From NCBI GenBank assembly GCA_964291405.2, contig OZ219926.1, positions 4,416,001 to 4,480,000 of the forward strand: a stretch of DNA of 64,000 bases, in the 5' to 3' direction. Numbering within the stretch: position 1 is the stretch's first letter; each line of letters opens with the position of its first letter. This document shows, one piece after another, positions 8,901 to 18,271 of the stretch. The position numbers were made by a program, and so were the translations under genes. The notes below the pieces were generated by a model that had not been told where the DNA came from, ran no database searches, and worked only from the letters and a program-made list of their open reading frames with translations. The stretch is from Thermodesulfobacteriota bacterium. Its GTDB lineage: Bacteria > Desulfobacterota > Binatia > Bin18.

Positions 8901-11900
8901 CGACTCGCTCACTCCGGGGTCCGGCACCCTCACCGTTGTCTGGAAGGTGCCGGACAACAGCGGTGCCTCCGACGTCACCGGCTATGATGTGCGCTACATC
9001 AAAACCACGGATGACGAGACCAATGACGACAACTGGACCGTGAGGGACACCGGCTGGACCTCCGGTGCGCTGCAATACACCATCAGCAGTCTGGACGATG
9101 ACGTTGAGTACGACGTGCAGGTGCGGGCGGTCAACGACCAGGGCGACGGCGCCTGGTCAGCCACGGTCTCCGAGACGCCCTCCAGCGATGCGCCCTACTT
9201 TGCGGACGGGGCCGCCACCACCCGTAGCGTCGCGGAGAATGCGATCGCCGGAACGAACGTCGGTGCCCCGGTCGTGGCCACTGATCCCACCAACGAGACG
9301 CTGACCTACACGCTGGGGGGGGCGGACGCCGGGTCGTTTGCCATTGACAGTAGCACCGGCCAACTGACGGTGGCCGCAGGCACAGCGTTGGACCACGAGA
9401 CCAAGGACCGCTACGCCGTCATCGTGACGGCCACCGACCCCGTCACGACCGACGATCCCACCGCCGACTCCGACTCCATCACCGTGACCATCATGGTCGA
9501 AGACGTGAATGAGTCGCCCGTGCTGACGGGCCAAGCCAGCGTCGAGTACGCCGAGAACGAGCTGCTCCCGGTCGCCACCTACACCGCCACCGACCCGGAA
9601 GACGACTCCCTCACTTGGTCGCTGAGTGGGACGGACAGCGGCGATTTCAACATCCGCAACGGCGTCCTGAGCTTCAGTACTGCTCCCGACTATGAGCAAC
9701 CCGCCGATACTGGTAGCAACAACGTCTATGAAGTGACCGTGCGCGCCTCTGATCGGACTTCCAGCCCCGCTACCCTGGACGTTACTGTCACCGTCACCAA
9801 TGTGGATGAGGTACACACGCTAATAGGGCCGGCCGGCGGTGCATATCAAGAGAACCACGTTCGTCCTCTTGCGACATACACCGCCACTGACCCGGAGGGT
9901 GTGTCACCTACTTGGTCACTGGCTGGAGTCGACCGTGGTGACTTCACCATTACCGGCGGCAGCCTGAGCTTCGCAAGCATCCCCGACTACGAGAGACCCG
10001 CCGATACGGGCAGCAACAACGTCTATACGGTGACTGTGCGCGCCACCGCCGGGATTCACACTGTAGAGCAGGACTTCACTGTCCATGTTGCTAACGTGGA
10101 TGAACCGCCCACGCTGACGGAGGTGCGCCGCGTCTCGTCGTATGACGAGAACAACGTGGAACCAGTCGCCCGCTACACCGCCATCGACCCGGAGGGGGTG
10201 ACCGTCATCTGGTCGCTGGAGGGAGCCGACGATGGTGCCTTCACCATCAGCAACGGCGTGCTGAACTTCGACCCCGCTCCCGACTACGAGGCGCGGGCCG
10301 ACGCCAACGGTGACAATGACTATGAAGTGACCGTGGTGGTCTCCGATGGCGACCTCACCACGCAGCAGGCCCTCACCGTGACCGTCAACAACCTGGACGA
10401 ATCGGGAAGTCTGACCCTGTCGTCGGAGTATCCGCAGATCGAGACCGCGTTGACCGCCACCCTGACCGAGCCCGACATCGTCTCTGATACCACCTGGGTC
10501 TGGGAGCGGTCTACGAACAGAAGCACGTGGACGGAGATTGATGGTGAAACCTCGGACAGCTACACGCCAATGGACGATGACGAGAATAATTACCTACGGG
10601 TCACGGTCACCTATACCGACGGGCATGGGGAGCCCGGCAGCAAAAACCTCCAGCGTACGTCCGCCAACCGGATCCGGGCGAAGCCAGGTGAAAATAACCG
10701 GCCGGGGTTCTCGGACGATACCACGACCCGCAGCGTCCAGGAGAACACGGCGGCCGGGAGGAACATCGGCGCCCCAATAGTGGCTACCGACGCGGACGAA
10801 GACCCATTGACCTATTCCTTGGACGCTACGGGCGAGAGCGTCTTCGCCATCGACAGCAGGTCCGGCCAGTTACGGACCAAAGCGGCGCTGGACCATGAGG
10901 CCACGTCCAGCTACTCCGTCACCGTGACGGCCACCGACCCCTCCGGAGACTCCGACTCCATTGACGTAACCGTCACCGTCGAAGATGAGGATGAGCGGCT
11001 CACATTAACGGGGCCGGGCAATGTCCCGTACGAGGAGAACGACACCGCGATAGTCGCCACCTTCAGCGCTACCGACCCGGAGCGCGACCCGATTCAGTGG
11101 ACGCTGGAAGGATCCGACCGAAACTCTCTCACCCTCACCGCCAATACCACCAACGCTACCCTCACCTTCAACGACCCGCCGGACTACGAGGCAGACAATC
11201 GCTACACTGTGACCGTGAAAGCTTCCGCCGGAAACCATACCGCGCGACAGTCCGTCACCATCAGCATCACCAACGTGAACGAGCCGCCGGAAATTACCAG
11301 GCCGGCCGATACCGATATCACGTACAAGGAGAACGGCACGGGGCCAGTTGCCACCTACCGCGCCACCGACCCGGAGCGCGACCCGATTCAGTGGGTGTTG
11401 ACGGGAACCGACGATGACGCCTTCACTATCAGCAACGGTGTCCTGCGTTTCCTTGTCCCGCCGGACTACGAGGCGATCAACAGCTACGCAGTGACCGTGA
11501 CAGCCTCCGATGGGGAGTTTACTGATGAGCTGAACGTGCGGGTCACCGTGACCAACGAGGACGAAGAGGGCAACCTGACCCTGTCATCGGTGCAGCCGCA
11601 GGTCGATACTGAGCTGACTGCCATCCTGAGCGACCCCGACTGTAACCCTAACTGTACTTCCGGTTCTACCTGGGTCTGGGAGCGGTCGCTGGACAACAGG
11701 CGGACTTGGGAGCCCGTCAAGGGGACGCCCGCTGACAGTTATAAGCCGGAGACTGACGATGAGGGTGCGTACCTGCGGATCACGGCGACGTACACCGACG
11801 GGACCGGGTCCGACAAGAGCGCGCAGGTCGTCTCGCCCCATGCGGTGCGGACAGCGCCGGTCAACAACGATCCCCCGGAATTTCTCCAGTCCCCGCCCAC

Positions 11901-13500
11901 GCTCACCGTTGGAGCCAACGCGAGAGCGGGGAGTCGCGTCGGGGCCCCGGTGACGGCCAATGACCCTGGGGACCCGCTCACCTACACGCTGAAGGATGAA
12001 CCGGCGGCGGCCTGTTTCGCGATCGACTGGATCAGCGGACAGATCGAGGTGGGCCCACAGGGACTCTCGCCCTGTGCCAACGCGGCAACGCGGTCACCCG
12101 GACAGCGTACGATCAGCGCCAAGGCCGATGACCCTAAGACCTACGCGCTCACCGTGACGGCCACTGACCCGTTTGGAGAATTCGTCGAATTCCCCGTCTT
12201 TATCACCGCCACCTCTTCTCCACCCCGCCCACCCGGTCCTGGTCCTGGAGGCGGCGGCGGTGGTGGTGGTGGTGGTGGCGGTGGTGGTGGTGGCGGTGGT
12301 GGTCCTGCCTGCACAGAGGACCTGCACGGGAACAGCGCTACGCAGGCCACGGCCATTGCATTGTCTACGCCGACCGCCGGGGCGCTCTGTCCGGCCACCG
12401 ACGTGGATTACTTTACCGTCACCGCCCCCGGCCGAGGCCTCCTCTTTGTGGATACCTTCGGTGACGTGCAAACCCGCGCCACGCTGTGGCAAGACGGGGT
12501 GGTCGTGGCGAGCGGTCCCACGGGTAGCAGGGGACCGGACCGCCTCGGGGCACTCGTGCAGACGGGCCCCGTCGTGGTGGCCATCTACGGGCAGGGGGGC
12601 ACGACCGGGTCGTATGCCGTCGTGATGACCTTGACCCCTGGCGCCCTGGAGAATCCGGGGCCACACTCCTTCCAGAGTGGCGTAGGAGTGTTGTCCGGCT
12701 GGGTGTGTACGGCCGACGTGGTCGAGATCGAGATTGCCGATCTGCCCGTGCAGGTGGCGGGGTATGGCACGGAGCGCTTGGACACGGCCGGGGTGTGCGG
12801 AGATACGGACAACGGGTTTGGCTTGTTGTTCAACTGGAATCGGCTGGACGACGGCGAACATACGGTCGTCGCCTTGGTCGATGGGGTGGAACTGGCCCAG
12901 GCGACGGTGACGGTCACTACGCTGGGACGGGAGTTTGTGCGGGGGGTCGAGGGAGAATGTGTCGTGGAAGACTTCCCGCGCATGGGCGAGAGCGTGCTGC
13001 TGGAGTGGCAGCAAAATAGTCAGAACTTTGTGATCACGGGCGGGCGGGCACCGGGCGGAGGGCCTACGGGCCGCCCCCCCTCGGTGGTGGGGGCGCTGGA
13101 GAACCCGGGGTCCAATTCCTTTCAGAGTGGGATTGGGGTGCTGTCGGGCTGGGTGTGTGCGGCGGACCGGGTGGAGATCGCGATCGGAGCTTTTGCCCCA
13201 CAGGTGGCGGCGTATGGGACGGAGCGCTTGGACACGGCCGGGGTGTGTGGGGATACGGACAACGGCTTTGGGTTGTTGTTCAACTGGAACCGCTTGGGCA
13301 ATGGGGAGCATGAGGTTGTAGCGTTCGTGGATGGAGTGGAGTTGGGCCGGGCCACGGTGCGGGTGACGATGCTGGGGGTGGAGTTTCTGACGGGGGTGAG
13401 CGGGGAGTGTACGGTCGAGGACTTTCCGACGACGGGCGAGACGGTGACGTTGGAATGGCAACAGAACAGTCAGAACTTTGTTGTGACGGATGTGGAATAA
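5941..13500 (+). CDS. Giant secreted multidomain protein: FN3, ~3 PPC-like domains, kexin/furin-like S8 protease, P-domain, FN3, cadherin-like repeats, poly-Gly linker, PPC-like domain, 2 C-terminal repeat domains
   Basis: Signal peptide VWA-Q; VAVVDDG, DHGTAVAG, AAGNG, FGGTSAATP; LTWRDV and NHEYGFG kexin signatures; DLQVELVSPSG/GENPAGKWTLRISD P-domain; repeated ATDPE...PDYE...VTV.NVDE cadherin-like motifs. Confidence 0.93.
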   Translation: MRSDVVKILLRTAVWGLCLLLVSGEVWAQSVPGAPIISTVTAGRSNSLGFTLAVTWTAPSDPGGSAIEAYDVRYIETADDETDDANWTVEDNAWTSGSLTYTISGLTDSTEYDVQVRAVNTTGDGAWSATETGTPDHGDSASEATSLTLGTDMEGVINPGTDVDYFTFRLTRETGLLIWTTGDLDTVGELQNIGGTVIASDDDGPLSSAPLNFFMWQTLAAGTYRLKVSSYGDATGSYVLRTRTMVDSSSISNAQEITFDSDGNGFTNGLIDPGGDTDYFTFTISEATDIVIRTTGLVGDTVGTLLNSDGTKILASNDDGYLQPSSLQFLIRTRLDAGTYYIGVKGFDEADTGFYNLHVNKGNEPGNTRADAVSLDLGIAEGSRIDPSTDEDYFSFDITETTNIFVGAVSETVNIDGELLDENGNSVSTFPHDISFGSGRDIFFLHDRFDAGTYYIKVTPSADDDTDDDTGAYTIRAFEVASYNNFLARCDDLDDTLSDPLYGCQWHLNNEGQLKGGTSDEDINVKEVWDGNNLGAGVNVAVVDDGMDSDHEDLSANVNTARNHDYTAGEGEDTTNIFHPLEDHGTAVAGIIAARDNSLGVRGVAPRATIYGYNLLLDITDANRADAMKRNLATTGVSNNSWGFYDGPGLDPAPPLWREAVNTGISEGFGGKGIFYAWAAGNGALRGDYSTLEEYVTHHGVTAVCAVNDQGQRSAYSEEGANLWVCAPSDDFIHPRQGITTTDNDDFYRNNFGGTSAATPIVSGVAALVRSANADLTWRDVKLILAASARQNDPDNTGWEDGALKYGSDTERYHFNHEYGFGVVDAKAAVDLADAWITLPTLVEQEESSENRNWRIPNHGTVTSNITMGSAVEFVEFVEINAYFNHTSFRDLQVELVSPSGKVSVLSVPYEEYGEEYELIGGRLQLPFHGSFRFGSAKHLGENPAGKWTLRISDHLPGSPGIHTTGSLSLWSLTVYGHRSTPGAPVLDSLTPGSGTLTVVWKVPDNSGASDVTGYDVRYIKTTDDETNDDNWTVRDTGWTSGALQYTISSLDDDVEYDVQVRAVNDQGDGAWSATVSETPSSDAPYFADGAATTRSVAENAIAGTNVGAPVVATDPTNETLTYTLGGADAGSFAIDSSTGQLTVAAGTALDHETKDRYAVIVTATDPVTTDDPTADSDSITVTIMVEDVNESPVLTGQASVEYAENELLPVATYTATDPEDDSLTWSLSGTDSGDFNIRNGVLSFSTAPDYEQPADTGSNNVYEVTVRASDRTSSPATLDVTVTVTNVDEVHTLIGPAGGAYQENHVRPLATYTATDPEGVSPTWSLAGVDRGDFTITGGSLSFASIPDYERPADTGSNNVYTVTVRATAGIHTVEQDFTVHVANVDEPPTLTEVRRVSSYDENNVEPVARYTAIDPEGVTVIWSLEGADDGAFTISNGVLNFDPAPDYEARADANGDNDYEVTVVVSDGDLTTQQALTVTVNNLDESGSLTLSSEYPQIETALTATLTEPDIVSDTTWVWERSTNRSTWTEIDGETSDSYTPMDDDENNYLRVTVTYTDGHGEPGSKNLQRTSANRIRAKPGENNRPGFSDDTTTRSVQENTAAGRNIGAPIVATDADEDPLTYSLDATGESVFAIDSRSGQLRTKAALDHEATSSYSVTVTATDPSGDSDSIDVTVTVEDEDERLTLTGPGNVPYEENDTAIVATFSATDPERDPIQWTLEGSDRNSLTLTANTTNATLTFNDPPDYEADNRYTVTVKASAGNHTARQSVTISITNVNEPPEITRPADTDITYKENGTGPVATYRATDPERDPIQWVLTGTDDDAFTISNGVLRFLVPPDYEAINSYAVTVTASDGEFTDELNVRVTVTNEDEEGNLTLSSVQPQVDTELTAILSDPDCNPNCTSGSTWVWERSLDNRRTWEPVKGTPADSYKPETDDEGAYLRITATYTDGTGSDKSAQVVSPHAVRTAPVNNDPPEFLQSPPTLTVGANARAGSRVGAPVTANDPGDPLTYTLKDEPAAACFAIDWISGQIEVGPQGLSPCANAATRSPGQRTISAKADDPKTYALTVTATDPFGEFVEFPVFITATSSPPRPPGPGPGGGGGGGGGGGGGGGGGGGPACTEDLHGNSATQATAIALSTPTAGALCPATDVDYFTVTAPGRGLLFVDTFGDVQTRATLWQDGVVVASGPTGSRGPDRLGALVQTGPVVVAIYGQGGTTGSYAVVMTLTPGALENPGPHSFQSGVGVLSGWVCTADVVEIEIADLPVQVAGYGTERLDTAGVCGDTDNGFGLLFNWNRLDDGEHTVVALVDGVELAQATVTVTTLGREFVRGVEGECVVEDFPRMGESVLLEWQQNSQNFVITGGRAPGGGPTGRPPSVVGALENPGSNSFQSGIGVLSGWVCAADRVEIAIGAFAPQVAAYGTERLDTAGVCGDTDNGFGLLFNWNRLGNGEHEVVAFVDGVELGRATVRVTMLGVEFLTGVSGECTVEDFPTTGETVTLEWQQNSQNFVVTDVE
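12247..12303 (+). repeat. GGN trinucleotide tract encoding 19 Gly
   Basis: gga ggc ggc ggc ggt ggt... read directly in frame. Confidence 0.9.
12646..13497 (+). repeat. Tandem duplicated ~135-aa domain with 450-bp periodicity
   Basis: LENPG.SFQSG.GVLSGWVC...YGTERLDTAGVCGDTDNGFGLLFNWNRL...LEWQQNSQNFV starting at 12646 and 13096. Confidence 0.92.
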
Positions 13501-13520
13501 GTGGGGCGTTTCCTTCTATC

Positions 13521-13595
13521 CGTCATTCCGGCGAAAGCCGGAATCCAGGCGTCCAGGCCCTTGTCTCTGGATGCCGGATCAAGTCCGGCATGACG
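13521..13595. repeat. Palindromic repeat element (CGTCATTCCGGCGAAAGCCGGAATCCAG...CTGGATGCCGGATCAAGTCCGGCATGACG)
   Basis: Double hairpin between convergent genes; degenerate second copy at 24671-24746. Confidence 0.75.
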
Positions 13596-13633
13596 AACGC
13601 GTAAGGCACGACTACAGCTTAGCGTGAAATGCT

Positions 13634-14068
13634 CTAGGAGGCGGAGACCTCGTTATTCCGAAACAGCGGCCTCGCCCGCCACAGCAGGACGACAATAATC
13701 GAAATCCCCGCGGTTTGCAGCAGCCCGATAGGCCAGCCCCGGCCGTGTGGGCTGAGCTCACTCCAGACCAGATGGCCCAGGGCGACCTGGGCGACGTAGA
13801 GCGCGGCCCAGGGCCACATCCAGGGCCGCATTTTCCAGAATCCCCAGGTCCCCACGGCAAAAATAATCGCGTGCAGCAGGCCGCCGGCCTTTGCCGCCCA
13901 GCCCATGAACTCAATGCCGAACCAGACCTCAACGTCTTCCGCCACCGGCCTGGTAATCAGCTCAATGGGAACGCCCAGGGCCAGGAGGGTGCACCAGGCA
14001 AAGAGGATGTTCATCCACCAGGGCCGCGCCTTGAGTTGCTCTTGGAGAAAAGACGTTTCGGTCTGCAT
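13634..14068 (-). CDS. Hypothetical integral membrane protein (~4 TM helices)
   Basis: Hydrophobic segments; co-oriented with neighbours. Confidence 0.7.
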   Translation of the reverse strand: MQTETSFLQEQLKARPWWMNILFAWCTLLALGVPIELITRPVAEDVEVWFGIEFMGWAAKAGGLLHAIIFAVGTWGFWKMRPWMWPWAALYVAQVALGHLVWSELSPHGRGWPIGLLQTAGISIIVVLLWRARPLFRNNEVSAS

Positions 14069-14080
14069 TGCTCAGCGCCG

Positions 14081-14545
14081 CTAATCTTGCCGAACTTTGA
14101 CAGCGAGCTTTTGCCGCCCCCATTTGAGCGCTTTCTTCCGGGTGGAAAAATATACGTCCAAGCGATTGGGCCCCTTGATGGCGCTGCCGATATCTTCGAC
14201 CACACCCTTGCCATAACCGGGGATTTTCATGACCGTGCCATACGGATAATAGCGGGTGTCCGCAGCAATGGTGCCGTGCTTGGCTTTGGTGCCGCTGGCG
14301 GTCAACCCGACTATTTTTCGCTTGCCCTTATTCGGCCCACTGGCGACATAGGCTCGCCAGAAAAGGATCCAGCCTCGCCGCCAGTTAGTACTGATTTTGT
14401 CGGACGAGTAGGCGGTCACAATCATGGTCCGCTTTTCATACGACGCACAGCCGGTCAGGCCGGTCAGTCCGAGCGCCAGGCTGACCATGATGCACAGTCC
14501 GTACCTGCGCGCGTTTGTCCTCCACCTCATACTCCACCTCCACAT
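14081..14545 (-). CDS. 3D (Asp-Asp-Asp) domain protein, probable lipoprotein
   Basis: VTAYS, TASG, IAADTRYYPYGT, EDIGSAIKG, RLDVY; lipobox-like LTGC. Start uncertain. Confidence 0.85.
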   Translation of the reverse strand: MWRWSMRWRTNARRYGLCIMVSLALGLTGLTGCASYEKRTMIVTAYSSDKISTNWRRGWILFWRAYVASGPNKGKRKIVGLTASGTKAKHGTIAADTRYYPYGTVMKIPGYGKGVVEDIGSAIKGPNRLDVYFSTRKKALKWGRQKLAVKVRQD

Positions 14546-14586
14546 TCCTTGAACCCGGTCAGCCCGAGTTCATCCGACGAGCCGGG

Positions 14587-15462
14587 CTAATCCAGCGGTT
14601 TGACCGGTCTCGCCGTCATAGCCTCGCCGGTGCTGCCACGGTTGATGTGGCTCTTCCGAGCCTGCGCTTCTTGTTTCATGCCAAAGCGTCGCCACATATC
14701 CGGGCCAATAGCGGTCAGGCCTCCGTCAACGACGAGCGCCTCGCCGGTGACGAAGGTTGAATCATCACTCGCCAGGAAGAGCGCGGCACCGGCAATGTCT
14801 TCGCCCCTGCCGTGTTCCGGCCAGGGCTGAAACGTCGCCAGGGCCTTGGCGCTTGCCGCAGGATCGCCCCGATTCGTCAGACCGGTCAAAATCCCACCAG
14901 GACAAATCGCGTTAACGCGAATCCGGTCGGGTGCGAGCTGTACGGCTGCGGCCTTTGTCAGATTGATCACCGCGGCTTTGGCGGCTGAGTAGACGAGCGG
15001 CCCGCTGCCGCCACTTAAGCCTGCGGTTGAGGCGGTGTTAATGATCGCCCCGCCGTGGCCCTGTTGCTTCATGGCGCGTGCGGCGTGTTTGATGCCAAGA
15101 AACACCCCCTTGGTGAGGACGTCGAACGTATAGTCCCACTCCTCAACCTCAATATCCCAGACCGGACCCACCGCTCCGCCTACGCCGGCATTGTTGAATA
15201 TAATATCGACCTGACCAAATGCAGAGGTTGCCAGACCGATCATGGCTTCAACGTCGGCTTCTTTGGCCACGTCCGTTTGAATAAAACGAACCGCGTCGCC
15301 ATGACCGGCCTTTTCGGCTTCAGCCGCAACGGCAGTGCCGTTTGTTTCGTTGAAATCCGCAATCACCACCCGCGCGCCTTCATCCAGAAAACGCAGGACG
15401 GTCGAGCGCCCCATACCACTGGCCCCACCGGTGATCACTGCGACCTTACCTTCAAGTCTCAT
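14587..15462 (-). CDS. Short-chain dehydrogenase/reductase
   Basis: TGGASGMG, NNAG, YSAAK, IRVNAICPG. Confidence 0.93.
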   Translation of the reverse strand: MRLEGKVAVITGGASGMGRSTVLRFLDEGARVVIADFNETNGTAVAAEAEKAGHGDAVRFIQTDVAKEADVEAMIGLATSAFGQVDIIFNNAGVGGAVGPVWDIEVEEWDYTFDVLTKGVFLGIKHAARAMKQQGHGGAIINTASTAGLSGGSGPLVYSAAKAAVINLTKAAAVQLAPDRIRVNAICPGGILTGLTNRGDPAASAKALATFQPWPEHGRGEDIAGAALFLASDDSTFVTGEALVVDGGLTAIGPDMWRRFGMKQEAQARKSHINRGSTGEAMTARPVKPLD

Positions 15463-15506
15463 GCTGTATCCTCAGTTTCCGCGCATCACTGTCTGGAGGA
15501 GGTTGC

Positions 15507-16382
15507 CTACATCCTGACCGTATTCTCCGGCTCGGCGACGACCGGGTTTTCCAACTCACCCAGCTTGTCGATAGCGATTTTGACTGTATCGCCCGGCTTG
15601 AGATAATTGGGCGGCTTCATGGCAAAACCCACACCGCTCGGAGTGCCTGTGGAGATGACATCCCCCGGCTCCAGGGTGAAACTCGTTGACAGGTGCTCAA
15701 TCAGCTCAAAGCAGTCGAACAGCAACTGACAGGTGTTCGAGCTTTGCCGCAGCTCGCCGTTCACCCAGGTTTTGAGGTTCAGGGTGTGCGGGTCGCCAAC
15801 TTCATCCGGCGTCACCAGGTAGGGACCCAGCGGACAGTGGGTGTCGAACGATTTGCCCATGGTGAAGGTGGGAACGCGAATCTGCCAATCCCGCACGCTG
15901 ACATCGTGGGCGATAGTATAGCCGGCAACTACTTCGGCGGCGCGGTTTTTTGGTACGTGGCGGCAATAGCGGCCAATGACCACCCCCAGCTCGCCTTCGT
16001 AGTCCACCTGGTCCGAGGCGCGTGGGACGTGGATGCCTTTGCCCGGCCCGGTCACGGAGGTGGATTGCTTATTAAAGATCATGGGAATTTCCGGCGTCTT
16101 CATACCGGTTTCTTCAATATGATCTCGGTAGTTGAGGCCGACCGCCAGGATTTTCGGCGGTCGGAGAATGGGCGCTTCCAGGGTCACGTCGGCCAGTGCA
16201 ATCCGGGCGGTGCTCTTTTCAGCAGCCTGCCGTGCGCTTGCCAGGGCATCCGCGCCCGCGGCCAGGAAGGCGCACATCTCGATGGGCAGGTCCGGGGCGG
16301 CGGCGGACAGATCAACAACGCCCTCTCCATCCATAACGCCGATGCGGGTCGCTCCGGACTGGGTAAAGGTCACTAATTTCAT
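15507..16382 (-). CDS. Fumarylacetoacetate hydrolase family protein
   Basis: GLNYRDH, DYEGELGVVIG, DVSVRD, GKSFDT, GDVISTGTPSGVG. Confidence 0.93.
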   Translation of the reverse strand: MKLVTFTQSGATRIGVMDGEGVVDLSAAAPDLPIEMCAFLAAGADALASARQAAEKSTARIALADVTLEAPILRPPKILAVGLNYRDHIEETGMKTPEIPMIFNKQSTSVTGPGKGIHVPRASDQVDYEGELGVVIGRYCRHVPKNRAAEVVAGYTIAHDVSVRDWQIRVPTFTMGKSFDTHCPLGPYLVTPDEVGDPHTLNLKTWVNGELRQSSNTCQLLFDCFELIEHLSTSFTLEPGDVISTGTPSGVGFAMKPPNYLKPGDTVKIAIDKLGELENPVVAEPENTVRM

Positions 16383-16430
16383 ACGCTTCTCCTTGCAGGC
16401 TCTTGTTTCGAGTTAATGGAAAAATGCGGG

Positions 16431-17441
16431 TTAATGGGCAAAGCGCTCCCAGGCTTTGGCCGGTTCCGGTACTGGCGGTATGTCCGGCTGCGGTTCCGGC
16501 GGCGTGCCGGTGACGGCAAAGGGGACATGGTTGCCAAAATACATCACATGTTGATTGTACGGCTTTACTTTCTCGGGCGTGAGAACGAGCGTATGGCCGT
16601 CGAGCATGGTGTGTTCGTGCGTCTTGGTCCACTCCAAGGCGGGTTCCAGACCGCCGGCGTGCGGCACCCCGATCCCGTGGATGTAGTAATGAGACGGGAT
16701 AACGATTTTGGCTCCGAGCTTTTTCATGACCACGTTGGCCCACTTGGGCGTCAGGATATGTCCGTCGTCGCTGACCGACAGAAACGCCACGTCGATGTCG
16801 CCTATCATCTCCCAGATATGTTCGGGCGGGTTCTGTCTGTTATCGCCCCAGTGCAAAAACCGCAGCCCGCCGGTTTCGACCACGTACATATTATTGTTCC
16901 ACTGGGTGCTTTCGTCAGGCGGGCAGGGGTCCTTGCCAGTGGCGGCAATGACCGCGCTCCGAAAGGGATATTTCCCCTGGGCCTCGCACATATGTTTTTC
17001 GGCAATGCCGAGAATCTTGACATCGCCCAACTCGAACGTCCCGGCCATGCGGTCCAGAATCATGGCCGCGTCAACCCGTTCGGTTGCGTCATGGTCGAAG
17101 TGGGCGTGAGTGACGAGGGCGATATCGGTCTGCTGCTTGGGCAGATGCATCTGATACCACATTCCGTACATATGCGTCGGATCGTTGCGCCATGGATCAA
17201 TGAGCAGCTCGATACCGCGTGGTGAGGTGATCTTGAACGCCATGTGACCGTAATAGGTGACGGTCACCTCTCCGGTACTCTTGCGCACCCCGTCGTACTT
17301 TTGCGCAGCCATGACCCTGTCGTTGTTCGAGTCTTGCTCGTGGGCGACGCTGTGAGCGCTGGCAGCGTGTGGGGCAACCAAGACTGTCAGCAGCAGCATG
17401 AGGGACCGGATAGAAAAGGATGTCAGACTCCTTGTTCTCAT
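16431..17441 (-). CDS. Secreted MBL-fold metallo-hydrolase
   Basis: Signal peptide (ASA); YYGHMAF, THAHFDHD, HWGD, IPSHY. Confidence 0.85.
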   Translation of the reverse strand: MRTRSLTSFSIRSLMLLLTVLVAPHAASAHSVAHEQDSNNDRVMAAQKYDGVRKSTGEVTVTYYGHMAFKITSPRGIELLIDPWRNDPTHMYGMWYQMHLPKQQTDIALVTHAHFDHDATERVDAAMILDRMAGTFELGDVKILGIAEKHMCEAQGKYPFRSAVIAATGKDPCPPDESTQWNNNMYVVETGGLRFLHWGDNRQNPPEHIWEMIGDIDVAFLSVSDDGHILTPKWANVVMKKLGAKIVIPSHYYIHGIGVPHAGGLEPALEWTKTHEHTMLDGHTLVLTPEKVKPYNQHVMYFGNHVPFAVTGTPPEPQPDIPPVPEPAKAWERFAH

Positions 17442-17546
17442 ACGCTCGTGCTCCTTTTTCTTCTGTATTCAGCCTATGGTTCTTTGCCCCCGCGTTCAAG
17501 GACTAAGGGAGATGCAAGGCCGGTCAACGGCAGGAATGCGGACGTC

Positions 17547-18194
17547 CTAGCCCTTTCGATAGTCCGGATCTTCTAATCCCGGCATAGTGAGATAGCCGGG
17601 CAATTGTTTGAACCGGGCAATCCAGGCCTGGACCGCAGGGTAGGGCTCCAAAGAAACATCGCCCATAGGCGCAAGCGCGATATACGGAAAGCAGGCCACA
17701 TCGGCAATTGTCGGCTTGTCTCCACATAGCCACTCTTGCCCGGACAATTGCTTCTCCATAATTGTCAGCGACATTGTGCCGCGTATGCGGGCTTCCTCAA
17801 TGTCGCTTTTGAACGTATGCGGCAGGCCGTTGCCGCTAATCCCGAACGACACTATGGCGCGGGCCGTAAACACGCCAAATTGAATCCAACTGGCCGCAAA
17901 GGCCAGCCATTCCATGACGGAGGCTGTATCGGCGTTATCGGTGGGGAGCCATTGCCGGCGTGCATCGTATTGGGTTGCCAGATAGACCAGGATGGCCATG
18001 GAGTCGCGCAAGACCAGGTCGTTGTCAACCAGAACCGGCACTTCACCGCGCGGATTGACGGCCAGAAACGGCGCTTGGTGCTGCTCATCGGTCATGAGAT
18101 CGACGATAACGGACTCATATTCAAGCCCGAGGAAAGACAACAGGAGTCGAACCTTGTGGCTATTACCGGATTCCGGGTGTTCGTACAGTTTCAT
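17547..18194 (-). CDS. Glutathione S-transferase
   Basis: SGNSHKVRL, NPRGEVPVL, DSMAILVYLA, TIADVACFPY. Confidence 0.92.
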   Translation of the reverse strand: MKLYEHPESGNSHKVRLLLSFLGLEYESVIVDLMTDEQHQAPFLAVNPRGEVPVLVDNDLVLRDSMAILVYLATQYDARRQWLPTDNADTASVMEWLAFAASWIQFGVFTARAIVSFGISGNGLPHTFKSDIEEARIRGTMSLTIMEKQLSGQEWLCGDKPTIADVACFPYIALAPMGDVSLEPYPAVQAWIARFKQLPGYLTMPGLEDPDYRKG

Positions 18195-18271
18195 CAGTTG
18201 CTCCTTCGGCTTGTCTTAGACGACAAGGCCATGTGGTCACCAGAGGGTCGGGGGGAAGTTGTTTTGCGGTG

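Noticed and set aside
12094-13461. 455-aa His/Pro/Arg-rich minus-strand ORF with internal repeats
   Set aside because: Mirror of the G/T-rich duplicated C-terminal domains on the plus strand.
12646-13497. Repeat pair as a DGR template/variable region
   Set aside because: Both copies are in-frame coding, differences do not look adenine-specific, and no reverse transcriptase is present.
13715-14590. 291-aa plus-strand ORF
   Set aside because: Antisense to two better-supported genes.
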